The notes below the pieces were generated by a model. The model was not told the origin of the DNA. It did no database searches and saw only the letters and a program-made list of their open reading frames with translations. A stretch of 63,275 bases of DNA, counting the filler, from Collodictyon triciliatum (taxonomy: Eukaryota), in assembly GCA_043381765.1 (NCBI GenBank). It is 14 parts of 14 records of this genome, joined end to end, with 100 filler letters (N's around TTAATTAATTAA, not from the genome) between each part and the next. Parts side by side here need not be neighbours in the genome. Positions count along the whole stretch, not along the records: positions 52,381 to 57,039 come from JBHJMP010005876.1; positions 57,140 to 61,797 come from JBHJMP010005877.1; positions 61,898 to 63,275 come from JBHJMP010006029.1; 11 more parts are not named here. The stretch is one strand, 5' to 3'. Numbering within the stretch: the first letter of the stretch is position 1; every line of letters begins with the position of its first letter. Shown here piece after piece: positions 52,803 through 63,275 of the stretch. A program made the position numbers and the translations under genes.

Positions 52803-54178
52803 ATGCAGGCAGCAAGACTCAAGCGGGAGATGGAAATGCTGGAAAAGGATCCGCCCCACGGGGTTTCTGCATGGTTCAAGGAAGATCGCAAGGACATTCT
52901 CGAAGCGAGTAAGTCGGGGCGTGAAAAAGACTGTAAAACTTTGAAAAGAATCAGCAAAGAAGGGTCTAGAACCCTAAGAAAGTGTTTAACCCCCAATAGA
53001 AAATTATTTGTGAAGCAGTTTAAAAAAAAAACTAGCGATCGTAGCGTATTATGATGCTTTGCCTTGTATTTCATTCCTCTTTTTATTTTATTTTTTTATT
53101 TTTTACCTATGCCGCTCTGCTTCCATCATCAGAGATCGAAGGTCCATCAGATACGCCTTATGAGAAGGGAATCTTCCTTTTGGAGGTGGTTATATCGTCA
53201 AGGTATTGAACTGCGCTTCTTTTTTTCTTTTCTCTCCTTCACTTCTTTTTATGAACTTCCATTCTTTTTGCTCAAGGATCGCTATGGTTTTTAATGCATT
53301 GTAAATTTTACTAGAAATACCCAGCTTCTTTCGTTTCATATATATATATATATTGATTTAAAGGGAGGAACCTTGCTGTAGGTACCCTCTGGAACCTCCA
53401 AAGGTCACCTTCAAAACCCCAATATACCACCCGAATATCGACGAAGGAGGGAGAATTTGTCTAGACACTCTAAACATGCCTCCAAAAGGCTGTTGGAGTC
53501 CATCTATTAACATATCCACACTTCTCACCACCATTCGCCTTCTGATGAGCGAGCCGAATCCGGATGATGGTTTAATGAGTGAGATTGTAAGAGCACTGTA
53601 GAACATGTGTTGTATGAGACAATATTTGCAATCTCATTCCCAATAATGCAATAATCACGCATGAAAATGTGGTCATATATAGTTGCAATATTATCCCCAA
53701 GATTTGATGGTTTTCTTATTGGCCATAAATGACGAATTACTCACTATGCAGACGCAAGAATACAAGCACAACCGATCTCAATTCCTCTTAAAAGCGCGGG
53801 CTCTGACAGAAAAGTATGCCTATGAAGGAAAATCAATAGCACCCACCCACATCTCCCAGGCCAAGTCTTCTATTCATGGTTCCACCGACCAAGGTTCGGA
53901 GAGCAAACAATCTGTAGATCCAGTAAGTATCGACTGCCAAGTCGTTTTAATGATAGGGTTGAAATGCACTTAATGTAAATCAAACTGCGTTGATTAATCT
54001 TATGTGCACCTTTTTTGTGAATTATTTCACGTATGACTCGATATTAAAGACCAAGAAGAGCGCCGATGAGAAAGCCGAGCCAGCACAAAACTATGCGGCG
54101 AACCCAGACACCAGCGCCCAACCTGAAAACTCCGATGAATTTCACAAGAGACGTAGGCTTACTTCGAGAAAGAATTAG
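52803..54178 (+). CDS. UBE2T: Ubiquitin-conjugating enzyme E2 T
   Basis: [29 protein letters not shown] and [51 protein letters not shown]. The PPKG insertion and C-terminal tail are typical of UBE2T. Confidence 0.85.
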
Positions 54179-54459
54179 GAAATCGCTCTTTCCTTACTCA
54201 AAAAAGAACAAAGAAAGAAAACAAAAACAACGTGTCTATAAAATCGCATGTTTATAGCTTCTCAATAGTGAGCTCTGTGCTTTACCACTGAGAGGAAGAG
54301 ACATTTAAAAATTTGGCTTCATAAGGATGGTTTATTCCTTATAGGAATGCCCAAGCAAATATGTACAGATGTGAACCTTACTTAATACTATATGAGTTCT
54401 ATTTTAATATATTTTGTATTTGTATTTCCGGATTTATTCTTTTTGGTTCGCCAGAGCAG

Positions 54460-54842
54460 TCAACGCACACTGATTCCGAGCGACTTTACTGGAAAATAGA
54501 TAGGAAGAAAGAAAGGAGAGAAAAGTTCTGTTAATAAGGAAAGACCATTACATGAATCAACCCTGCTCTTCACCGGGTCATAGGAACAAGTCACCACATG
54601 ACAGAAGAGAGGAAAGCATAGGTGAAAGCAGAAATATGAAAAGGCTGTATGTCCCTTCACACTCACCCGCAACATTTTGTATTTCCTCCTGCAGCACATT
54701 CACCTCCTCGTTTGAGAGGGACCGCTCCATGGAACGGTATGTGATTCTGTAGCAGAGGCTCGTACGCTTGTTTCTTTTTGTTTTTTGTTTTGTTTTGTTT
54801 TGTTTTGTTTTGTTTTGTTTTGTTTTGTTTTGTTTTGTTTTG

Positions 54843-54873
<31 letters not shown>

Positions 54874-56931
54874 GTTGTATTAGTTGTTATTGTTAGAAAT
54901 GAAACAAGTATGCGTAGTTTTGTATGTGATATTCTATCTGATTTTTTAAGTGGTCGTTTTCTTGTTTCATGGATAAGTGGCGGTATGTAAGGCATGTAAG
55001 TGATGTACGCGTAATTCCCATATGTACCCATTCACGAAACAGAAACAAAAGCATACTTTTTGTCCTCGTATGCATCTATTTTGGCGACTTCCTCGATTAA
55101 ATCACCAGCAATTGAGCGAATAATCATAAAGAAATCCAGCTCCGAGTAACTCGAGGACACCCAGAATGAAACGTCTCTGCGGATGGGAGGATATTTGCTG
55201 GTGCATTGTTTCTCATGGTAAGGAAATCCATCAATGTGAATGAGAATAAAAGCACAGCAAAAGATACATAATATACATATTAGCGGCGTTCAATTACTGT
55301 CAGTCAAGAGCATAACCTCAGATATATGTTAAATAAAAGAAGAGATTTTTTTAAATTGCATTTTTAAATGTGTATAGAAATATATATATCATGAATACGA
55401 AATACTCGTGATCGTTATAATGGAATAGGAGAAGGAAGAACAAGAACGAAAATATGATAAGGGGATGATGAAAAGGACAAAAATAAACATATATCACCTG
55501 AATGGTTGGAAGGTGTATTTGATGCTTCCATGGGAAAATTGGTCGATAAATCGGGCGTCTTTGCTCCAGAACAGCCGAATGTCTTGGATGTCAAACAAAG
55601 CCATGGCAAAGCGCTCCAGGCCTATGCCGAAGGCCCAGCCGATGTACTCATCCTGACCGCACGCCTTCAGGATGGGCTGCTGAATCATTCCCGACCCGAG
55701 CACCTCCATCCACTTTCCCATGTAGTAGATCTCAAGCTCAAGAGACGGCTCTGTGAAGGGAAAGAATGCATCTACCCATCTCATTTCAACCTAAGAATCC
55801 CACAGGAGAGAATGGAAAATAGGAGCAGATAGGGACGGAGAATCAAGAATTACTTTACTTGTTTATTTCCTCGTTTAAATGTGATATTTTTAGTCCAAAA
55901 AAACTTATATGAGAAAGGAAAGAAAGAAAGAAAGAAAGAAAAAGGACCCCTACTGAATCCTAGAAGCATACATAAATGGATATCCTTCGAATATTATAAA
56001 TTAATGGGTAGATGACGAAGGATATTGAATAAAAAAAAATCCTTGGATATGGTCGTATTGGTAGATAGGTACATAGATAGATAAGAGAACCTTTCCAAAA
56101 AGGGAGTGAATGAGCCCTTCGAGACAGTATTTTAAGTCCTTAACTACAAGGCTGACAGCTTTCTCACGCGAAACTTGACACAAAGATGGGTGGGCGTTGA
56201 GGCCCAGCTCTTTGATGGGGAACAAGCAAACACCTTCCAATTGATGAAAGACAGGGTAGTGTGTCGCATCGATCTCGTCCCGGCGATAAACATCACCAAC
56301 GCACAGGAAAGATCTGCATAATGCATGGTATAAAATATGACCGGGTGAGCCCACTGCGGAGAGACTGTAAATGTCATAAATGTGATAATCTAATCCTTCA
56401 GAGGGGTTGTGTCATAAGAAAAAGGCATAAAGAATAACACCAATGGGTCACGACAAAGCGAAGCGAAATGTGCTCCAAATTGCAAGAACCTAAAACCCAG
56501 AATAGGAACCCTACTCACTTGACACCAGCAGACATCAACTGTGTCTGGTGCGCACTTGTATGTGTTCTCATCAATGTGTGCTGGTTAATGTAAAATGTGT
56601 CCGAAGGTTTCCTGCTGACATGGTCTTTTGGAATAAGCAAGTCGTCAAAGTTTTGCTTTGTGGATACCACCGGGCTGAGCGAATCAACGAATTGGAAAGG
56701 TGCACGAAGCTTGTGAACAAGATGGACGTCCACATCAGCACAGGAATCTGTTTCGACTGAGCTTTTCTGCATTTGCTCAAAGTAGCGCTCTACATGTGCT
56801 TTGACAATTTGGATTGGGTGGTTGTGGGTGCGGTGGAGATTGACCCCAACTTTGGCTCTTACATGATCCGGAAGGTTAAACCATTCATCCTTCTTGGATA
56901 CGGCGTCCTCCAGAACGGGGTCTGCATTACG
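54460..56931 (-). CDS. FARS2: Mitochondrial phenylalanine-tRNA ligase, 5' partial
   Basis: [71 protein letters not shown] and [26 protein letters not shown], plus a C-terminal anticodon-binding domain ([27 protein letters not shown]). Confidence 0.95.
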
Positions 56932-56946
56932 CAGGTAATTTGAGTG

Positions 56947-57039
<93 letters not shown>

Positions 57040-58518
57040 NNNNNNNNNNNNNNNNNNNNNNNNNNNNNNNNNNNNNNNNNNNNTTAATTAATTAANNNNN
57101 NNNNNNNNNNNNNNNNNNNNNNNNNNNNNNNNNNNNNNNACAAAAACAAAAACAAAAACAAAAACAAAAACAAAAACAAAAACAAAAACAAAAACAAAAA
57201 CAAAAACAAAAACAAAAACAAAAACAAAAACAAAATAATGCACATAATGCAGAAGAGAATGCTTAAATGAACATTGGAGAATTACGATGCAAAAGTTCAA
57301 AAAATATAAAATATTACATTAATGCATTTCAATGAAATAAGGTCTGCATTTTCTACGAGACACAAACAATAAAGAGTAATTGGACCAATGAAAGGGAAAA
57401 GATTGTCGTGGTTACGCAACAGAAAAGGACACGTGAAATGACTAGAAGTACAGAGAATGATCTCACGAATATTCTTACATTTTATTTTCCTTTTGTTGTC
57501 ATTCTTTAACAAATATTGTCGAATTCATCCACCGGTTTTTTTACTGGGAAATAATTCAGCAGTCAGTACATTTCTTCTATTGCCTTTGTAATTAATTTTT
57601 ATTTTACTAAAAAATCTTGATCAAGAAAAAAAGAAAAGAGTATTCGTATTTAATCTGAAACACTGTAATCGAAGCTAATATTAGTAACAAAGGGAGAAAA
57701 TATCCTCGATGCAATTAAATCATAAAAAAGCAATAATATATATAAATGAGGTATTTTACCATATATTAAACAAATAATAAATTGGTGTTATATTTCTTTC
57801 GGAATATTTTGGATGTAAACCGACACAGATACCTAGAATGTGGTATTTATCAAAAGTTAGAATATGTATAACTGTTTCTCGTTATATCTAACCGACGATA
57901 GCAGCGAATCATTTAGATTATTCTCCCGATAAAAAAAGTCATAGGAAAGAGAATCTAGTCTCACGGTAAAAATTAGAATAGTTACTGCCCCAGAGTTTAA
58001 CATAAATTGTTCACCATTTTGGTGAAGCGGATTAAATAATACTGCGCATTCAGAAAAGAAGAACATATCGTTGTATGTGACGAAAAAAAAAACATCATAA
58101 ACTCAGATAAATATTCACATATTTATTTAGCGAGCAATTTACTCCCAGAAGAGGAACACAATTGACAAGTAGAAAAGTGGATGCATGGTGATTAAGGAGG
58201 AATTCATTTTAATTCCAAATCACAAAAGTATCGGTATACGTTGGGTATATTTAATGACCCTAAAATGTGATGAATTCCTTTTAATGCTATTTTTTTCCGT
58301 CCTAATAACAGCACAATAATTACACCTACCACTATTTAAGAGCAACATAGAGCACTACAATAACATTTTGATTATTTTTCTTTTTGAATAGTACTGTTTT
58401 ATTACATTCTGGACTATTCTAACAGAAATCTCCAAGGTAAGGAAATACAAAAAAAATAATTTGAAAGAAGGCAACCCCTTTTTTTTTTCTTTCTTTCGTT
58501 TTCATATTGGCAATATTA

Positions 58519-61500
58519 TTAATCATAAATATGCTCTACAAAATCGATTTCATCAACGTTTTCCTCTTTAACCAGGTCTCTGAAGTTTGGACGAGATTCT
58601 GGGTTCGGGTGCCAACATATTTGCATCATAGACACGATTTTTTTGTCCATCTCTTTTCGAATATAAGGCCTTAGACCCTTTAAAATCTCAAATTGCAAAT
58701 TCAGCTGGTCTCGTCCTTGGTAAGGAGGTTCCCGAGCTTCAATTTCCCACAGGATGATTCCGAAGCTAAATACGTCCACCTTTTCGCTGTACCTTTCACC
58801 TTTCATAATCTATGGTTATCAGATTTTAGACATATAAGTGAATATTTTTATTACAGTGCAAAAACTCATAATAAAACCTCTTTGCATCTCTGCTTGCTTA
58901 CCTCAGGAGCTTGATATGCGATTGTACCACATTTCGTCATGGTACGATTATTTGATTTTGTTCTCGCAAACCCAAAGTCACACAATTTACTTTCAAAATC
59001 TTTGCTCAACTATTTTGATGAATTTAGCATTTTTAATGCAAACTATTATTTATGATAGATAGCATAACTATATGTAGAATGCTAGAGTGAGGTATAAAGT
59101 AATATATATGAGAGTACCAGAATGTTGGATGTCTTTAAGTCTCGGTGCAGCACCACAGGATTTAAAGAATGCAAGTACGACATTCCACCAACAATTCCAT
59201 TGATTATCTTGGTTCTGTTATGGGTAAAGCATAATTAGCAAATTAAAGAATAACGAATTTAAAATTTTAATTGTCCTTTTTTTTTAAAAAAAAAAGTTCA
59301 CACTTTTCTCTCTCGCCGATGACTATGTTGTAGTTTAACAACACTTGTTGTAGGTTCCCTTGTTCGACAAATTCCATGATAATAGAAAAATTGGGTAATT
59401 CCATATGCGCACCAATAAACTCAACGACATTTGGGTGCTTCAATTTCCTAATTAAATATGTAGATGTCGGAATTTGTATAAAATAAAGATGGGAGGAAGT
59501 GGGTGAACTGTCCAAATCTACCTGTAAACATGAACTTCTGAAAGGAATATAATGTAATTTTCATCAGAAGTCCTATTAGAGCCACCAAGAGTTTTTTTGA
59601 CGGCTACTTTCCTTCCCTAAATAAATCCATGAATATATATATATCCAAAATGAATAAGCAAAGTAGAAATACCATTTGAATGTTGTTGAAAAGAAAGAAT
59701 TAAAAAATAATTGCATGAACCTTATATTCACCCAAAAAGACCGAACCGAACGAACCAGATCCAATCGGTTTAGAGTCCATTTTAATATCATTTAAATCGA
59801 TTTCCCATTCTTCCTTCTCTCTTACCTTAGATTTCATCGGCACAAATCGAGGTTGAGTGGGAGATAGAGTCGTGGGGGATTTAATTGGTCCAATTTGCGA
59901 TATCTGAAGCTGATTTTCGAAAGATCTTTTGTTTGAACTGTTTGTTATCATCGTTGTATTTGGAAGAAGACTACTCTGCGACAGGTTTATCGTGGACTAT
60001 GGAATTGCCATAGGGTTAAAGAAATCTGGAGTGGAATTATAAACAAACCAAAATTAAAAAAACGAAACTTTGCAAACCTCGTTCGTGACCAAAAGCATAG
60101 GTACTTGTGATTGTAGTTGGGTATAATAATCGATACGTTTTTGAAGTCTTTTAGGATATATCTGTTTGTTTGTTTTTTTTTTAAAAAAAAAAAAACTATC
60201 ACTAAATCATCGTATTTTCATTACGTTTCACACCAATTCATATGTAATATCACCTCATATAGCACAGTTGAATTTGCTGATGTTCCCATTTGTTGAACTT
60301 CACGAATAATGTTTTCGTTTTCTATTATTCTGATTTTTTCTTCCAGAGCCTTGTTTTAATTGAACGCTTAGTTTGAAAAGAATTGCTATTTTTATATTTG
60401 TATTTACTATGCCTTAGAATTTTTTTTAATTCTTTAGAATTTGCCTTATATAAATATTCAGTTATTATAATTTGTCCGCCGTGACAGGCTCGACTAATCC
60501 TCATTGACCGCGAAACTCCCTAAATACGAAGAAAGCAATTTTCCATAAACAAAGACATAGGTATTAATCGCACAATAATTGATAAGATTAAATAGAAATG
60601 CATGTTCCTTTAAATGAGATGCATGGGAAAATAATAAAATACCTTTCCAATATATATTCTCTTGCCACTTTCATCAACCTTACTCGTACAGGACTCATAG
60701 TCAGCACCCTATTCAGCATTGTAAGGATGGAATTGTAAAAATAAAGCACATACAAAGAATGTGCCGTATTCAACAACTTGCCATTTGAATTCTTAGCCCT
60801 CTCATATCACCCTCAACTACAGTTTTGCCGTATTCATGAATCATTATTTCAGGTGGCCAATCTACTTCATGAAGCATGTTTTGCACTTCAGAACAAAACC
60901 TATATTTTTTACCTGCTCAGTTGAATCTGTAAAAATATTTTTTATGCCGATGTATAATTTTCAACTCTCGAAAATAATATTACCGAATCGCTTGGATAGG
61001 TTCTGCAAACAAAATAGAAAAATTTTCTCCGTCATTTTGATTAATATATCCACGGTACTTCTTGATTACCTTAAACATAATTTTATATTGTCGATGAAAA
61101 CAAATATTTTTTTGTTGAATTAATATAAACAATCTGCCAGTATATGATGCCAAAATTAAAGTAATCATAGCTACCATCTTAACGATTTTATTGTGAAGAA
61201 GCACAGCATCACCCATGTATTCAGACACATCATCCCAGAGGGTCTCCGAGCCAAATATTCGTGTGCAAACAATGCAAAGATACCCATCAGGAGGAACTTC
61301 GTCATTATCTTCCATAAAATTCTTGCAAATTCAAAAAATATTGAAAAGGGGATAGTACCTTTTACTATTAAAGTTCACAATTGAAAATTTATTCAAAAAT
61401 AAGTCTTCATGAGCCATAATCGAATTGAATTTACATTGAAGGATGAACTAGACAACTGCTTTGAAGTATCAACGAGACTCTGCGCAAAAGTTATTTGAGA

Positions 61501-61797
61501 AAAAAATATAACCATAACACATAAATATGATATTACATTTATCTTTTTTGAGGTATCCTGGAACGAAGGCCTTAATTTTGGGTCTTGTGACCAACACTCT
61601 TCTATGAGAGTTCTAATGTCGTCTGAAATGCCAGTTGGCATAGAAGGTCGGATTTGGTTCATAACAACCTGGGTCGTAACAGCCAAGGCATTTTCTATCT
61701 CATAAAAAGGGTCTTTTCTAGACATGATTTCCCAACAGATGATACCAAAGCTGTAAACATCTGCGCTGGCAGTATATTCTTCTCCCTGAATTACTTC
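58519..61797 (-). CDS. Dual TKL kinase with an intervening cyclase-homology domain (kinase-cyclase-kinase), 5' partial
   Basis: Kinase 1 tail ADVYSFGIICWEI..CWSQDPKLRPSF. Cyclase-like PPDGYLCIVCTRIFGSETLWD..MGDAVLLHNKIV..KKYRGY..DGENFSILF..VQNMLHEVDWP..ACHGGQII. Kinase 2 has GSGSFG, VAVK, HRDLKTSN, DFG, APE and DVFSFG. Confidence 0.85.
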
Positions 61798-62092
61798 NNN
61801 NNNNNNNNNNNNNNNNNNNNNNNNNNNNNNNNNNNNNNNNNTTAATTAATTAANNNNNNNNNNNNNNNNNNNNNNNNNNNNNNNNNNNNNNNNNNNNAAA
61901 AGAAAATAATAAAATAAAAAAAAAAAAAAAAAAATAAAAATATTTAAAAATAGTTTTTTTATATATAATTTTTTTTTTTTTTTTTAAAAAAAAAACAACA
62001 ACCAACAACAACAATGTGCCAAAGTGAATAGTTTTTTAAATACTTTCTCATTGCCAGTATCACATTCACCAAAAATAAATAAATAAATCCTC

Positions 62093-63068
62093 ACCAGTTC
62101 TCACTGAAATCTGGAGGGAGCTCACTGAGTAACTCAGGTCGAGAAAGCTGCATAGCCCATACATTTGACGGGACATCAGGCTCATCCGTCGCAGGCTCAT
62201 CCTCCTTTCGTTTGTCCCCTTCGTCTTTATCATTTCCATCAACAAGATTGTCACCAGAAGGAGGAGCCACCCTCTCCTGCACCTCGGCCAAGTGGCTAAG
62301 TCCAGGAAAATCTGTTTCCTGCTCAGACTCGATGCTGTGATTCAGACTGGAGCCCGCGCTGGACTTTGATGCGGTGACGGACTTTGAAGCTGCCTCTGAG
62401 GTTGAGTCGGACAGAGACAAAGCGCGTGTGCCGCGTTGGACAACCGGAGCCGACTTTGTGCGTTCACGGACAGGCGTTTCTCGAGGCAGGCGCGCTTTGG
62501 CATTCACCGGCGCTTCAGCCTCATCGTCGCTGTGGGCCGCTCTGACAGGCACAGAAAACGTGGCTTTGTGGAGCCTTTGGAACTCGACAAAATACTCGCG
62601 GGTTTCCTGCAGAAGTGGCTTTGCTGGGAGCAACGGCGGGAATAGCTGCGGCTTTGCTTGTGCAGGGTTTGCTGAGCGGAGCGGCCGGCCGCGTGCTTGT
62701 GCTTGAGTCTGACTTTGACTTTGACTTTGACTTTGACTTTGACTTTGACTTTGACTTTGGGTTTGGGCTTGAGTTTGGCTTTGGGTTTGGCTTTGGGGCT
62801 GAGTTTGAGCAGCCGACTTGAGAGACGTGGGTAAGGGCTGTTTGTTTGGCTGCCTGTCTCGCTCAGGGTCGGCCTCGCGGTCGGATTCGAGACTCAGGAA
62901 GCGGCAGAAATCAGACAAGTCGCGCGGATTGTTGAGTTGATGCGCAAGGAAGATGTGTTGCCGCTGCAGTTGCCGGGCAAAAGCGCTGCGGCCGGGAAGT
63001 GGCGTTCCTTTGTGGGAGGCCCGCGGTGGTCGGGGGAAGACTTGCAGAAAGCCGGCTGGTTCATTCAT
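62093..63068 (-). CDS. SNUPN: Probable snurportin-1, first exon
   Basis: N-terminal QLQRQHIFLAHQLNNPRDLSDFCRFL resembles the snurportin IBB (ERRRRLLELQK..R.D...HARRL). The exon end VWAMQLSRPELLSELPPDFSENW resembles [21 protein letters not shown]. A long (QS)n disordered linker lies between them. Confidence 0.55.
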
Positions 63069-63168
63069 CAGCTCTGCTGTTTTCTTTCCGTTTTTTTTTA
63101 GTTGTTTCTTTACATTCTCTTTTCTTTTCCCTTAGTCTTTTGGTTCTTATTTTTGGTTTTTTTCTGTG

Positions 63169-63256
<88 letters not shown>

Positions 63257-63275
63257 TTTTCTTTTGTTTTCTTTT

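Overview
This is AT-rich, intron-dense eukaryotic (protist-like) nuclear DNA in the standard genetic code. It is not one continuous locus. It is a size-sorted concatenation of 14 short contigs of about 4.66 kb, joined by an artificial 44N-TTAATTAATTAA-44N linker, and most contig ends are microsatellites, so neighbourhoods across linkers mean nothing. Recognisable spliced genes, several truncated by linkers: an IQ-motif protein, CCZ1, a GT-A glycosyltransferase tail, an ABCA transporter half, CMTR1, a SAM-LRR-SAM protein, a divergent macro-domain protein, a coiled-coil protein, EPG5, a membrane guanylyl cyclase with inverted C1/C2 features, a CorA Mg2+ transporter, a TBC RabGAP, a DUF4062 protein, an alpha/beta hydrolase, UBE2T, mitochondrial PheRS, a kinase-cyclase-kinase protein and probable snurportin-1. 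Mobile DNA includes a decayed Helitron helicase, a LINE 3' fragment, and an 85-bp copy of that LINE tail with a 17-bp target-site duplication (TSD). The most unusual signal is a dispersed family of ~25-30-nt intronic inserts (consensus CTTTGAATCGAATAAAGG-polyA), four of them flanked by 11-18-bp direct repeats. All calls come from manual reading, recalled motifs and hand splicing. No database searches were run, and exon ends are approximate where stated.
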